DNA of 64,000 nt from an uncultured delta proteobacterium (lineage in GTDB: Bacteria > Myxococcota_A > Polyangia > Fen-1088), in the NCBI GenBank assembly GCA_963755125.1, contig CAVWIP010000012.1, forward strand, positions 96,001 to 160,000, in the 5' to 3' direction. A program made the position numbers and the translations under genes. Under the pieces are notes generated by a model. That model saw only the letters and a program-made list of their open reading frames with translations. It was not told the origin of the DNA and did not search any database. This document shows positions 28,668 to 39,393 of the stretch, piece by piece (within the stretch, counting starts at the first letter, position 1; every line of letters begins with the position of its first letter).

Positions 28668-29351
28668 CTACTGGCAAACGTAGGGGGCTTTGCACTGGCT
28701 GGCCGGCTTGAACACCCCGGCCGCCCAAAGGCCGCCCACCACGGCGACGGCTGCCACTCCGCCGACCACACCCCAAAACCAGCCGCGCGTGTAGAAGGGC
28801 GGGGACGGCTCCGGGCTGGGCGTGGCGGGCGTCTCGGTCAAGCTGGCGGCTGTCGCCCCCTGCGACGCTTCCACCGGGGGCGCGGCCGGCACAGGGATGG
28901 TGGGCGGCGGCGGCGACGGCGCAGCATTCGCAGCCTGCCCGTCTTCTTGCTTCTTCTTCAGAGCCTCCATCTCGGCGATGTAGCCCTCGACTTCTTTCTC
29001 CTCGGCGGCCGAGACATCCTTGGCCTGCCTCAGGTAGTCGCGGAATGAGTTGATGGCCTTGTCAGGCTGCTGCAGATTCTGATAGCAGCGCCCGATGTTG
29101 CGCAGGTACGTGGGGTGCAATTTCTCCGCGTACAGCTTGGCAAAAAGATCCAGCGCTTCTTCGTAGCGTCCTTCGGCGAACGCCTCGCGCGCCTTGATCT
29201 CGCGCTTGTCTTTACTCTTGGGCGCCGCCTGCGTGGCTATTGCCGGTGCGAACGCGCAGCAGAGCACAGCCCCGGCCAGCAGAGCACGAATCGCCCGCAC
29301 GCCACGCGCGCGACGAACGACAGGTTGGTTCATCAGCGTCGGCAGTTTCAC
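28668..29351 (-). CDS. exported TPR protein with Pro-rich linker and C-terminal TM
   Basis: AFAEGRYEEA...YLRNIGRCY, PFYTRGWFWGVVG; start uncertain (GTG 29351 with GAGG, or ATG 29333). Confidence 0.75.
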   Translation of the reverse strand: MKLPTLMNQPVVRRARGVRAIRALLAGAVLCCAFAPAIATQAAPKSKDKREIKAREAFAEGRYEEALDLFAKLYAEKLHPTYLRNIGRCYQNLQQPDKAINSFRDYLRQAKDVSAAEEKEVEGYIAEMEALKKKQEDGQAANAAPSPPPPTIPVPAAPPVEASQGATAASLTETPATPSPEPSPPFYTRGWFWGVVGGVAAVAVVGGLWAAGVFKPASQCKAPYVCQ

Positions 29352-29592
29352 GTTGTCCTCATGGGCTAACAGGTTCCTGGGAAAAGATACGGCACTGCGC
29401 CAGTCCGGAACCGATATGACCGAACGCAGCCGGCTTTGGCGGGATACTGTAACGCCTTCGCGCACCGTTGACCAGCGGGGATCCTCGACGGACGCTGGGC
29501 CCTTTTCTGCGCAGCCTGCACCTCATCCTCCAGATCTTCGCAGTCCTCGGCGTGGCTGGGGTGTTTGCTTCCCTGACCCGCGGGCGCATGCG

Positions 29593-31809
29593 CTAGCGTG
29601 ACTCTTCCTGTATCGCCGGCACATCCTGGGATGCGGACAGGGCGGCAAGGTTGCGCTGTGCCTGGGGATAATCGGGCCTATACTGCAGCGCCAGAGCATA
29701 GTGCTTGCGCGCTTCTTCGAGACGTCCCAGCCGGCGCAGAACGGTAGCGAGATTATTGTGGGCTTCCGGATACTCGGGCCGGTATTTCAATGCCGCCTGG
29801 TAGGCGGCGACAGCCTGCAAAAAATCCCCGGTCCGCGCATATGCGTTCCCCAGGCTGTAGTACGCGACGGGATCATCCGGTTTGAGCACGATGCCTTGGC
29901 GGTACTCGCCAATCGCATCGGTCAGACGTCCCGCTCGCGCCAGTGCCACGGCATGGTTGCAATGCGCCTCCGCGGAGTCGGGCTCCAGTCGCACCACCGC
30001 CGCAAAGTGCTCGACGGCCGTCTTCATCCGTCCCAGCTTCAAGTACGCATAGCCGAGGTTGTTGTGCGCCCGAGCGTCGCGAGGATCCACACGCAACACG
30101 GCTTCAAACCGCTCGATTGCCTCGGAAACCCGTCCAGTATTGAGCAGAGCGATCCCGAGGCTGCGGGCCGCCTCGGAGTCATCCGGCTGCAGCTTGAGCG
30201 CCTCTTGGTATAGTGGAATGGCCGCATCACCCCGCCCGACCCGCACCAGTGCATCTCCTTTTCCCCTCATGGCCTTGAAATAGGCTGGGGCGATGTGCAA
30301 GGCCCGATCGAAGAGCTCGAGCGCCGCAGGGTCCTGGCCCATCCACAAAAGAGACTCGGCCTTGTTATAGTAGGCCATTGCGTAGTCTGGTTTCAATTGC
30401 AGAGCCTTGTCATAGCTCGCCAGCGCTTCCGACCTCCGTCCCGCGTTGTCGAGTGCGTTTCCCAGGTGGTTATGGGCCCGCGCATTCCCCGGACGTCTGC
30501 TAACGGTATCGGCCCAAAGGCTCAGCTCGCTTCGGTAGACCTCATTACGCCGCGCGGTGCACCAGGCGAGCAGTGCTGCCACGCAAACGGCCAGTGCAAG
30601 CCCCACATTCTTGTTCGCCTTGGCAAAGAGTCCGACCCCCGCGACCGCAACCACGACAATCAATGGCAAGTACATTCGATGCTCCGCCATGGTCTGCGTG
30701 GTCAGTGGAATAACAGTCGAACTTGGCGCGAGAATTCCGAAGAACCAACAGCCCGCAAATCCCAACTTCGGCTGACAAACCGTTGCGTACGCGGTTGCCC
30801 CCAGAAGCAGCAAAAGAAGCAACGCTTGCGGCCACACAGCGGTGAGCTTGCTGACCACCTCTTTGCCATAGTCGAAGACGAGGTTCTGCGGCCGGACAGA
30901 CAGACCGAGGTAGCGAACGATGGCCTGACACTGGGTCAGCGCATAGGCCCACCAGGCCACGCCATGCCCGAACCCGACGGTTGCGTTGCGATCGCTGGCG
31001 ACGAAGATGAGCAGACCCAGCAGGATCCAGGTTGCCGCCAGGCCGAGATACAGCGGCCACCGTTGCGACAGCGACTTCTTGAAAGAGCCAGAAAGGAAGG
31101 CGCGGTCGTAGAGCAACACCATGACCGGCGCGGTGGCCATGACTTCCTTGCTCGCCATCCCCAGCAAACAGGCTGCGACGGCCGAGCCGTACCAGAAGAC
31201 CTTGTTGGCCGAGTCGCAAGCACGAAGAACGCTGTAGAGAGTGAGCAGGTAGAAGAGGCCCACGATCAATTCGTTGCGTTGGATCACGGATGTGACTGAC
31301 TCGGTCAGCAGCGGGTGAACGGTCCAAAGCAGGGTGATTGCAAGCGCAACAGGTCGCGCTTTTCGTTCGAAGCGCCCCTGCAGTGACGGCAGCCGCAGGG
31401 TTCGCAGCAGAAGGCTGAAGAGCACCAGCGCGACCGTGACATGAAGCAAGAGGTTGGCGACGTGGTATCCCACGACGCTGGTTCCGCCCAAGGCATAGTT
31501 GATTGCCAGAGACAGGTTGACAATTGGTCTTCCCACCGCCCCGGCGGTACTCAGCGGCGGAAGCATGACCCGCGTGATGGGCCACAGGTGCCTGATGGAT
31601 GGATTTTCGACGATGGCCGGGATGTCGTCGAATACGAAGGGACCGGCGAAACTGTTGTGATAGGCGGCGAAGGCCGCCAAAATGATGAGCAGGAGGCACC
31701 CCGGCGCGGCCAAGGGCGACTCGTGACCAGGAGCTTGTGGATCGGCCATCAGCGCACGGCTGGGATGGGCCTTGTGCAGCGCCATTTGCGGTGTCGTCAA
31801 TCCAAGCAC
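29593..31809 (-). CDS. second TMTC-like GT-C membrane protein with TPR array
   Basis: FVFDD, RPIVNLS, YHVANLLLH, VHPLLTESV, ASKE, EHRMYLP, then TPRs; true start may be ATG 31749. Confidence 0.85.
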   Translation of the reverse strand: MLGLTTPQMALHKAHPSRALMADPQAPGHESPLAAPGCLLLIILAAFAAYHNSFAGPFVFDDIPAIVENPSIRHLWPITRVMLPPLSTAGAVGRPIVNLSLAINYALGGTSVVGYHVANLLLHVTVALVLFSLLLRTLRLPSLQGRFERKARPVALAITLLWTVHPLLTESVTSVIQRNELIVGLFYLLTLYSVLRACDSANKVFWYGSAVAACLLGMASKEVMATAPVMVLLYDRAFLSGSFKKSLSQRWPLYLGLAATWILLGLLIFVASDRNATVGFGHGVAWWAYALTQCQAIVRYLGLSVRPQNLVFDYGKEVVSKLTAVWPQALLLLLLLGATAYATVCQPKLGFAGCWFFGILAPSSTVIPLTTQTMAEHRMYLPLIVVVAVAGVGLFAKANKNVGLALAVCVAALLAWCTARRNEVYRSELSLWADTVSRRPGNARAHNHLGNALDNAGRRSEALASYDKALQLKPDYAMAYYNKAESLLWMGQDPAALELFDRALHIAPAYFKAMRGKGDALVRVGRGDAAIPLYQEALKLQPDDSEAARSLGIALLNTGRVSEAIERFEAVLRVDPRDARAHNNLGYAYLKLGRMKTAVEHFAAVVRLEPDSAEAHCNHAVALARAGRLTDAIGEYRQGIVLKPDDPVAYYSLGNAYARTGDFLQAVAAYQAALKYRPEYPEAHNNLATVLRRLGRLEEARKHYALALQYRPDYPQAQRNLAALSASQDVPAIQEESR

Positions 31810-31893
31810 GTACGACTGCGAAAGGGAAGCGAGTCGTCGATTTCCACCGCGTGGTCGATGGCCTGAACCACCGGCCGGGGAAATCTCCCCCGA

Positions 31894-34871
31894 CTACTGT
31901 TTCTGCACCGGATCGGCTCCCAGCGCCTTCGCCACCGTCTCTGCCAGTGACTCCATGGTGTAGGGCTTGGCAAGCCAACCCAGTCCCCGCGCCATTGCGG
32001 CGTGCACCCGGTCATTGGCAGCGTGCCCGCTCACCAGCAGAGCGCGCTGGTTGGGAAATAGCTGACGGATGAGCTCGAATATCTCGATCCCATCCCGTTC
32101 TTCGAGCAGGCTCATGTCCAGGATGACGAGGTCGCAGGGACTCGTGCCCGCGGCTGCGGCTTGCGCAAACCGCTGGTAGGCCTCCTTCCCGCTTTCCAGG
32201 GTCTCGACCTTGTAGCCCAGGTGTTCGAGCACCCGCCGCCCGGTCCGCAAGAGGATGGGAGAGTCATCCACCAGCAGAATGCTGGGCCGACCCAGCGGCG
32301 CGGGCGTCGGTGTGTGGGGAGCATCGGCCCGTCCCTCTGAAGGAAGGCAGGGGAAATACAACGTGAAGGTCGTGCCCTGACCGCGCACGCTGGTGACATC
32401 GACGAAACCGCCATGTTCCTTCACGACGCCATGAACAATAGCGAGGCCAAGACCTGTGCCGCTCGACTCGCCCAGGGGCTTGGTGCTGAAGAAGGGCTCG
32501 AAGATCCGCCCAGATCTTCCTGGGTAATCCCCCGGCCGGTATCGCTGATGGAAACAACCGCATAGTCGCCGGGTTCGATATGTTCAAATCCAACCACGGC
32601 TTCGGTCAAGCGGCGCTGCCCCGCGGTCATGGTCAACTGTCCATCTCCCGCGATGGCCTCGACTCCGTTGTGCATCAGATTGGAGATCGCGCGGACCAGG
32701 TGCGCCTCGGACGCCTGCACCGCCAGCGGCTTCGACGGCAACTGAGCCACGATCCTCACCCTCCGGCTTGCGTCCGAGGCGATCCAGGCGGAGTTCTCGG
32801 CGATGCATCGAGAAACCACCGCAACCAAGTCCAGGGGTTCCTTGCTGACCTGGCCCTGACGGCCCAGGGTCAACAGATCCTTTATGGTCTGCGAAGCGCG
32901 CAGGCTGGAAGCCTTGATACTCTCCAGGTCAGCGCGCATCTCCCTGGCCCGGCCATCCGGATCTAGCTTTTCCAGCTCGGCCAGAATGACCTCGGGCAAC
33001 GCCACCAGCGGTCCGAGCGAGTTGTTGAGGTCGTGAGCCACGCCGCCCGCCAGGGCGCTCAAGGATTGCAGCCGCTTGCTGGTTGCCAGGCGTTCCAGCT
33101 CATCGCGCTCGTGCAGACGCGTCCTCTCCAGCAGTTCCTGGTGAATCTGGATGCTCCGCAGCGCCACATTAAGCTGGTCGCGCAGAACGTGGTAGCCGTG
33201 GACGTCCGGCAACCATTCGAACGCTGCAATCCCCAGGCGTTCGGTTTCGAAGGCCAGTGGGAACACCAGCAGAATGCCTCTTCGCGACTGCGGATAGGTA
33301 TTCGGGGGAAACAGCAGTTGTGCGGGAAACGGAAGCGGCAAGGGAGATATGGGCTGGCCCTCAAGCATACAGAGGAAGGGCTGCAATTCTCTGGCGCTGC
33401 CATCGGTGAAACGCGACAAGAATGCGGTTTGAACGCCGGTGTCAGGAAGGACCTTGAGCAGCAACCGATCGAGGGACTGGTAGTCCAGCGCGACTCCGAT
33501 CTGCTCGCCCACAAAGAACAGGTTGCGGTAGTTCTGGTCGATTGCCACGCGGTGCTGGACCTGAATGGCCGTATCAGCCGTTGCGATCAAGGCAAAGGAG
33601 TCCGCCCACAGCCGTTCAAGGTCCAGATTGGCAAAATCATGCAACTCATCGCGCAACCATTCAATCGTTCCCTGAAGCGCTCGATACTGTTGGTAGCTCT
33701 CGCCCGCCTGATCGAGAAGCGTCTCCACGGCATGAGTGAAGGACTGAGGTTCTCCATTCATCTCGGCCTTCAGGGCCGCAATGAGTGCGTTGGCGGCGTG
33801 CTCGCGATCCAGGCCGGTGGCCTTGAGGACACACGCGAGCCTGCTCGAAAAATCGGCGCCACAACCCTGCACGTACTGCAATGGGGAAACGGCGGTGATA
33901 TCGGGAGGCGGCGTCTTGGTCCGTCGCACGCCTGGGCGGCAGCCACACGACCGGCGCACGACAAAGTTGGTTGCCAGCCGCGAGTGGGGAGCAACCGGTC
34001 GACCCGCCGCTTGATCGAGGACAATCTGAATCGCCCTTTCGGCCATGAGTTCGAACGGCTGAGCCACGCTGGTCAAGGCTGGCTTGCCCATACGGGAAGG
34101 GGGCAAGTCATCGAACCCGGTAACCCGAACGTCGCGGGGCACGTCGCGCCTGTGTTTGCGCAGGGCCGCGACCGCGCCCATGGCCATGTTGTCGTTGGCT
34201 GCCGCGATGGCGTCGAATTCGATTCCCTGCTTCAGTAGCGCCTCGACGCCATCGAACCCGTCGCCAGGCCGGAAATACCCGGGCACGATCAAGGCGGGGT
34301 CGATGTCGATGTGGTGCTGCTCCAGCACCTCTCGATAGGCTTGCAATCGCGTCTGGGCCTCGACCTTGCCAGGCGTCCCTGCAAGAAAAGCGACCCGCCG
34401 GCAATTGTGGTCGCGTATCAGGTGCTCGACCGCCGCGCGCATCCCCGGACCATCGTCGACCGTAAGACTCGGGGTGTTGGGAAGCTCGGCGCCGATGCTG
34501 CAGACGGGCATCTTGTCATAGCGGCGAGCCAGACGCAGAAGTCCCTCGGGACCACAAAAGCCAGAAAGCAGCGAGGAAACGATGATGACTCCGTCGGCGC
34601 GTTCATCGCCGATCAGCTCGAAGATCGCATTGTGCGCGGCACACCCGCGACGGGGTTCGTCCAGCCCGCGCCCGAAGACCATGAGCAGGTTCAGGTCGAG
34701 CGTCGTGGCCCGGTGGGAGAGTGCGCTCTGGATCTGTGAGCTGTACCCCACTGAAAAGAAGTCCATGTAGTCGAGCAGCACCGCAATCGTCTTGCGGCCG
34801 CATTGACCACGGCTGGCGGGTGAATCCAAGACGGGCGTCTCCCTAAGGTCAAACGGCGCCGAGCCTGGCAA
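31894..34871 (-). pseudogene. hybrid histidine kinase (LacI-type ligand-binding sensor + HisKA + HATPase + REC) split by a 1-bp frameshift near 32510
   Basis: AANDNMA/GFDD sensor motifs, VAHDLNN H-box; after DTGRGITQEDLG the expected RIFEPFFSTK...GTGLGL continues in the frame of ORF 31894-32424 (REC: LVDD, ILDM, AKPY). Confidence 0.85.
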
Positions 34872-34990
34872 GGCGCACGTTCCCTAAATTGAAATACGGC
34901 CGATCCGCTAAATTCTTGAGTTGTGGCCGCAATCACAGGGGACGAAATGCGCCGCAGGCGAAACCACCAAGTCGGGGGTATGCTCCCCAC

Positions 34991-35917
34991 ATGAAAAGGC
35001 GCAGGCTGACCCGGTTGCGAGAGCGCCTGGGCCAGGCTGTATGCAGCATGGCGGTGCTGGGCATCGGGGCGGTGGCGCAGGCGGAGGGAGCAGGTCCGCC
35101 TGCTGCGCCAGCGCCGGTGTCCCCGCCGGTCGTGTACACTCCCATGCTTCCCGCGCCGGTCGTTCAACCGCCGCCGGTCGTTCAACCGCCGCCGGTCGTG
35201 TACACTCCCATGCTTCCCGCGCCGGTCGTTCAATTGCCGCCGGTCGTGTACACTCCCATGCTTCCCGCGCCCATCGTTCAACCGCCGCAGATCTCCGTCG
35301 CTGCGCCAAGTGTGCCTGCGGCAGCAGGTGCTCAAGACGAGGTGGCCATCGCGAACGCGGCGCCCTTGCCAGCAGCCGCGCCCCGCTCACGGCGCTCGAT
35401 CGGAGTGATGGCCGACTTCGGTCTGCCTGACGGGGCCAATCTCGGCCTAGTGGTTCGTCCCGCCGCTTGGCTTCGCCTGCATGCCGCTGGCGGCACCAAC
35501 TCCGTCAGCTTGGGCTTCCGGGGCGGCGCCACGGCAATCCCGCACTGGTTCTGGCACTTCGGGCCTTCGCTCACTGTCGAAGCCGGCTACTGCCGGGTGG
35601 GGACCGTCAACCAAGTCCTGCGCGCGTTCTTCCAGGTCCCTGCCTGGATGCAGGACTACGTGCAACAGGCTGGCTACGCGTACTACAATTTCCATCTTGG
35701 CATCGAGTTCGGCCGCGGCAACGTGACCGGCTTCATACACGCCGGTTACAGCTACGTGGACGGCACCGTGCGCACACCCAACGCGGTTTCCGTTGCCGCC
35801 GGGACCAGCAGCTCCGCGGCCGATCCGCCGCAGGTTATCTTGGGCCAGGACGCGACGGTGCGGGTGTACACCCCTTCGGCCAAGGCGGGGCTCATCGTGT
35901 TCTTCGGAGGGCCTTGA
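34991..35917 (+). CDS. putative outer-membrane protein with Pro-rich tandem repeat
   Basis: Signal peptide ending AQA, PPPVVYTPMLPAPVVQ repeats, beta-strand C-domain ending GLIVFFGGP. Confidence 0.7.
   Translation: MKRRRLTRLRERLGQAVCSMAVLGIGAVAQAEGAGPPAAPAPVSPPVVYTPMLPAPVVQPPPVVQPPPVVYTPMLPAPVVQLPPVVYTPMLPAPIVQPPQISVAAPSVPAAAGAQDEVAIANAAPLPAAAPRSRRSIGVMADFGLPDGANLGLVVRPAAWLRLHAAGGTNSVSLGFRGGATAIPHWFWHFGPSLTVEAGYCRVGTVNQVLRAFFQVPAWMQDYVQQAGYAYYNFHLGIEFGRGNVTGFIHAGYSYVDGTVRTPNAVSVAAGTSSSAADPPQVILGQDATVRVYTPSAKAGLIVFFGGP
35123..35287 (+). repeat. in-frame tandem repeat: three 48-bp units plus one 18-bp partial unit
   Basis: CCGCCGGTCGTGTACACTCCCATGCTTCCCGCGCC occurs three times identically. 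Confidence 0.9.
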
Positions 35918-35919
35918 TC

Positions 35920-36471
35920 ATGCGTTCCCGCCCTGCCCTGGCAGCGCTGGCCGGCGCACTGGCCTTGGGCTGCGTTCCCTCGGTGCAGATCGATGCGCCT
36001 GACATCGAGATCACCCAGCCCAATCTGTCGTTTCCCGCCGTTCCAGCCGAAGCCGGTCAATCGGTCACAGCTCTGTTCAGGTTCAGCACTGCCAAGCTTG
36101 GTGCGGCCGGCAAGCCCGATGCCGGTTCTCTCAAGAACATCAAGCGCATGCAGATCACGCAAGTCGTTCTCAAGGCCGACTCGGGCATCGAGGACTTTTC
36201 CTTCCTGGATCGTTTGACTGTGGACGCGGCGAACCTGGGCTACGCCACCCAGTCCAGCCCTGGCCAGCCCGTGATCCAGATCGTCGACTACCAGGCGGCC
36301 GACGTGGCGAGCGGGGTTGTGTTGCAGCTACCCCTGTCCCCACCGGTCGACATGCTGCCACTGTGGGGACACCCTTCAGTCTACGTTACCGTCACCGCCA
36401 CCGGCGCTCTCCCCACAGTCGCTTGGTCGATGGACGTTGTCTTCTCGCTGTCACTCGATATATCTCAGTAG
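35920..36471 (+). CDS. hypothetical lipoprotein
   Basis: MRSRPALAALAGALALGC lipobox; starts 2 bp after the upstream stop. Confidence 0.75.
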   Translation: MRSRPALAALAGALALGCVPSVQIDAPDIEITQPNLSFPAVPAEAGQSVTALFRFSTAKLGAAGKPDAGSLKNIKRMQITQVVLKADSGIEDFSFLDRLTVDAANLGYATQSSPGQPVIQIVDYQAADVASGVVLQLPLSPPVDMLPLWGHPSVYVTVTATGALPTVAWSMDVVFSLSLDISQ

Positions 36472-36512
36472 GCATGCCCCGCCTTGACACTTTCAATATC
36501 GTCCCGTAAGTA

Positions 36513-36944
36513 ATGGCGATGGCTCGGGTTGTGGACAGCCGACCAGTGCGACGCGCGAGGATGCGCGCTACCAGCACCCTGCTGCTGGCTGCCCAACTTC
36601 TTACCCTGGGCCATCTGTTGGTCGTGCGACACACGATCTGTCCCGAACACGGTGAAGCGATTCACTCGGCATCGTCCAGCCAAGTGCAGGCGATGCGTCC
36701 TGGTCATCAGAGCGCGGCAGCCGATCCCGCGCTCGACAGCGGGGCGACGCCGGCCGAGCACGCCCATGATCACTGTCTGGCCCGGGCCAACACGCGCGAA
36801 CGGTTCGCGTTGCTGCCGGTTCCCGAGCTAGTACCCGGCCCGCTGCTCGCGGCCGCAACCCCGCCGTCGCCGTCAGTCGTCGGCGCGGCTCCAGCCCTGG
36901 CCCTGCTCCGGGTCGCGCCCAAGAACTCGCCTCCCTCGGCGTAG
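36513..36944 (+). CDS. small His/Cys-rich exported protein with Pro-rich C-terminus (DUF2946-like leader)
   Basis: Hydrophobic N-region, HTICPEHGEAIH, EHAHDHC, ends LLRVAPKNSPPSA; start could be 36519 or 36561. Confidence 0.7.
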   Translation: MAMARVVDSRPVRRARMRATSTLLLAAQLLTLGHLLVVRHTICPEHGEAIHSASSSQVQAMRPGHQSAAADPALDSGATPAEHAHDHCLARANTRERFALLPVPELVPGPLLAAATPPSPSVVGAAPALALLRVAPKNSPPSA

Positions 36945-36985
36945 CCCAAGCAAAGCGCCATGGGCGCACAGACTCGGCCAGGCTA

Positions 36986-37027
36986 CGGGAGCGTGCCTGC
37001 CTTTCCGTCTTCGTCGCCACGCTCCCG
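36986..37027 (+). promoter_or_regulatory. 10-bp stem-loop just upstream of the RBS of the outer-membrane metal transporter gene
   Basis: CGGGAGCGTG (36986-36995) / CACGCTCCCG (37018-37027); GGAGG at 37043-37047. Confidence 0.5.
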
Positions 37028-37054
37028 GTTCGCTGAAACCATGGAGGACGAGTC

Positions 37055-38479
37055 ATGTTTTCCTTTGCTCTGACCACGGCCTTGCTACTAGCGCAGCCTC
37101 TCGACAGTCCCAGCGAGAGCCCGGCTGCGGCCGACGTCCCGACACCCGCCAGCTCCACGACCGCACCCGAGGTTAAACCAGCACCCTCCTACGATGATCT
37201 TGTCCGGCGCATCGAGGCGCTGGAAAAGGCGGAGGCAGCGCGCGCTGCCCCACCCCCGACCCGATCGACCGCGGGGGTGTTTACCCAGAATCGCTTCAAC
37301 CCGGATCTTTCGATCATTGCCGACTTCGCAGTGGTTGGCACCAGTATCAACGACAAAACCGCCCAGACTCTGGCGGTTCCGGGATTCATTGACCAATCGG
37401 ACCGCACCGGCAAGTTGCGCGGAATCGACTTCAACTACCTGGAACTGGCCTTCAACGTCGCGGTCGACCCGTACTTTGACTTCTTCAGCGTTGTCACCAT
37501 CGCGCCTGGAACGGCCGATGTCGTGGACGTCGAGGAAACCTATGTCGATACACGCCAGCTTCCGTTCGGCTTTCAGCTACGCATCGGGAAGTTCCTTTCA
37601 GCCTTCGGACGTCTCAATGGAATGCACCAGCACGTCTGGGATTTTTATGACCAGCCCCTGGTGTACGAGGCCTTCATGGGTACTGAAGGGTTCAAGAACC
37701 CGGGGTTGAGGGTGTCCTGGACCGCGCCAGTGGATTTCCTGTTGCAATTGAACTTCGAGGTGTTTCAGGGCGTATCGGACGAATCACAGACCTACAATGC
37801 CGTCGGCTATAGCCTGACGGCGGCCAACGGGACCACACTCTCGTCCGCAGCTCCCTTTGTCCCGGGCTTGTACGTCGGCTCGTTGAAGTCCTCCTTCGAT
37901 TCCGGAGACCACGTCTTCCTGGTTGGGGCCTCGGCCATGTACGGACACTCGACCCAGTCGTACGGCTCGCCAACTGACATGGTCTTCAGCGCTCCGGGCA
38001 CGATCTTGTACGATGGAGAATTGACGTACAAATACCTCATCAGTTCGTACCGCAGCCTCACCTGGCAGAGCGAGTACGTGGGCCGCGTGTCATCCGGGGA
38101 TCTCGCCCTGGCCTCGGACGGAAGCGTCCATCATGAATCCAAGAAACAGGGTGGCTTCTACACCCAGCTCATCTGGCGCTTCGACGATCCGGGCCGGTGG
38201 AGGGTGGGAGAGCGCTTCGACCTGCTGACCCAGAATTCGGTGACCATTGATGGCGTGACCCAGAGTTCACTGACCATCAATGGTGTGGGTCAGCCGCTCA
38301 CCAACATGCTCCAGCGCTATACCACCATGCTCGAATTCAGCCCCACTGAATTCTCCAGATTCCGGCTGCAGTATGACTTCGACCGGTCCCGCGATCTGGA
38401 TGGCGTGCGAAAGAATATCCATGAAGTGTTGCTCCAGATGAACATCGCCGTCGGCCCCCACGGGGCTCACTCATTCTGA
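37055..38479 (+). CDS. outer-membrane beta-barrel associated with Zn/Mn uptake
   Basis: Signal peptide, short coiled coil, FNPDLSII, AVDPYF, FGRLNGMHQHVWDF, PTEFSRFRLQY, ends GPHGAHSF. Confidence 0.8.
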   Translation: MFSFALTTALLLAQPLDSPSESPAAADVPTPASSTTAPEVKPAPSYDDLVRRIEALEKAEAARAAPPPTRSTAGVFTQNRFNPDLSIIADFAVVGTSINDKTAQTLAVPGFIDQSDRTGKLRGIDFNYLELAFNVAVDPYFDFFSVVTIAPGTADVVDVEETYVDTRQLPFGFQLRIGKFLSAFGRLNGMHQHVWDFYDQPLVYEAFMGTEGFKNPGLRVSWTAPVDFLLQLNFEVFQGVSDESQTYNAVGYSLTAANGTTLSSAAPFVPGLYVGSLKSSFDSGDHVFLVGASAMYGHSTQSYGSPTDMVFSAPGTILYDGELTYKYLISSYRSLTWQSEYVGRVSSGDLALASDGSVHHESKKQGGFYTQLIWRFDDPGRWRVGERFDLLTQNSVTIDGVTQSSLTINGVGQPLTNMLQRYTTMLEFSPTEFSRFRLQYDFDRSRDLDGVRKNIHEVLLQMNIAVGPHGAHSF

Positions 38480-38496
38480 TGACTAGGAGAAGCCCA

Positions 38497-39393
38497 ATGA
38501 AGTTCATGATGACTCTGCTCGCAACTGCGATCGTCTTCGCACTCGCCGTGCCCGTACAAGCCAAGACCAAGATCGTGGTCACCTATCCGTACATCGCGGC
38601 GCTGGTCGGGGAGATTGCCAAGGGCCAGGCCGAGGTGACCACCCTCGCCAAGGGGGATGAAGATCCGCACTTCGTGGTTCCGCGTCCCTCGTTCATCGGA
38701 AAGCTCCGCCAGGCGGACCTTCTCATCATCAATGGCGGCTCGCTGGAGATCGGATTCGTGCCGCCGCTCATCCGGCAGGCCAATAACCCGAAGATCATGC
38801 CGGGCGCCGAAGGCTTCGTCGATCTGTCCCAGTCCGTCGATCTCATCGAGAAACCCGACAAGGTGAGCCGCTCGGAGGGCGACATCCACCCCGAAGGGAA
38901 CCCGCACTTCATCCTCGACTGGCACAATGTGCCGCCCGTGGCGCGGGCCATCGCCGATGCGCTTGGCCGGGCCGACCGCGGCGGGGCCGGCGCGTATCAG
39001 AAGAACCTCGAGGGTTTCCTAGCGCGCTGGAAGGCGCAGTCCGATGCCTGGGACAAGAAAGCCTCACCGCTGAAGGGCAAGGCCATCATCCAGTACCACC
39101 GACTGTTCGACTATTTCGCCCTGCGAACGGGAATGAAGATCGTCGGCGAGTTGGAGCCCAAACCCGGCATTCCTCCCACCAGCAGGCACCTGGAGGATCT
39201 GATTGAGGCGAATACGGCCGGCACGGTGTACATGGTCGTGACCGACGCGTATCACGAGAAGAAGTCGCCTGAAGGTGTGGCCCAAAAGCTATCGGTCCCG
39301 TGGGCGGTGCTGCCCCAGGATGTGGGAGCGATTGCAGCCGCCAAGGACATCTTCAGCCTGTACGACACACTGCTGGCGAGCGTCCTCAAATGA
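38497..39393 (+). CDS. metal ABC substrate-binding protein (ZnuA/TroA family)
   Basis: EDPHF, GDIHPEGNPHF, YHRLFDYF, EPKPGIPPT; AGGAG RBS. Confidence 0.92.
   Translation: MKFMMTLLATAIVFALAVPVQAKTKIVVTYPYIAALVGEIAKGQAEVTTLAKGDEDPHFVVPRPSFIGKLRQADLLIINGGSLEIGFVPPLIRQANNPKIMPGAEGFVDLSQSVDLIEKPDKVSRSEGDIHPEGNPHFILDWHNVPPVARAIADALGRADRGGAGAYQKNLEGFLARWKAQSDAWDKKASPLKGKAIIQYHRLFDYFALRTGMKIVGELEPKPGIPPTSRHLEDLIEANTAGTVYMVVTDAYHEKKSPEGVAQKLSVPWAVLPQDVGAIAAAKDIFSLYDTLLASVLK

Noticed and set aside
35123..35287. CRISPR array
   Set aside because: Units are contiguous and in-frame with no unique spacers; no cas genes.
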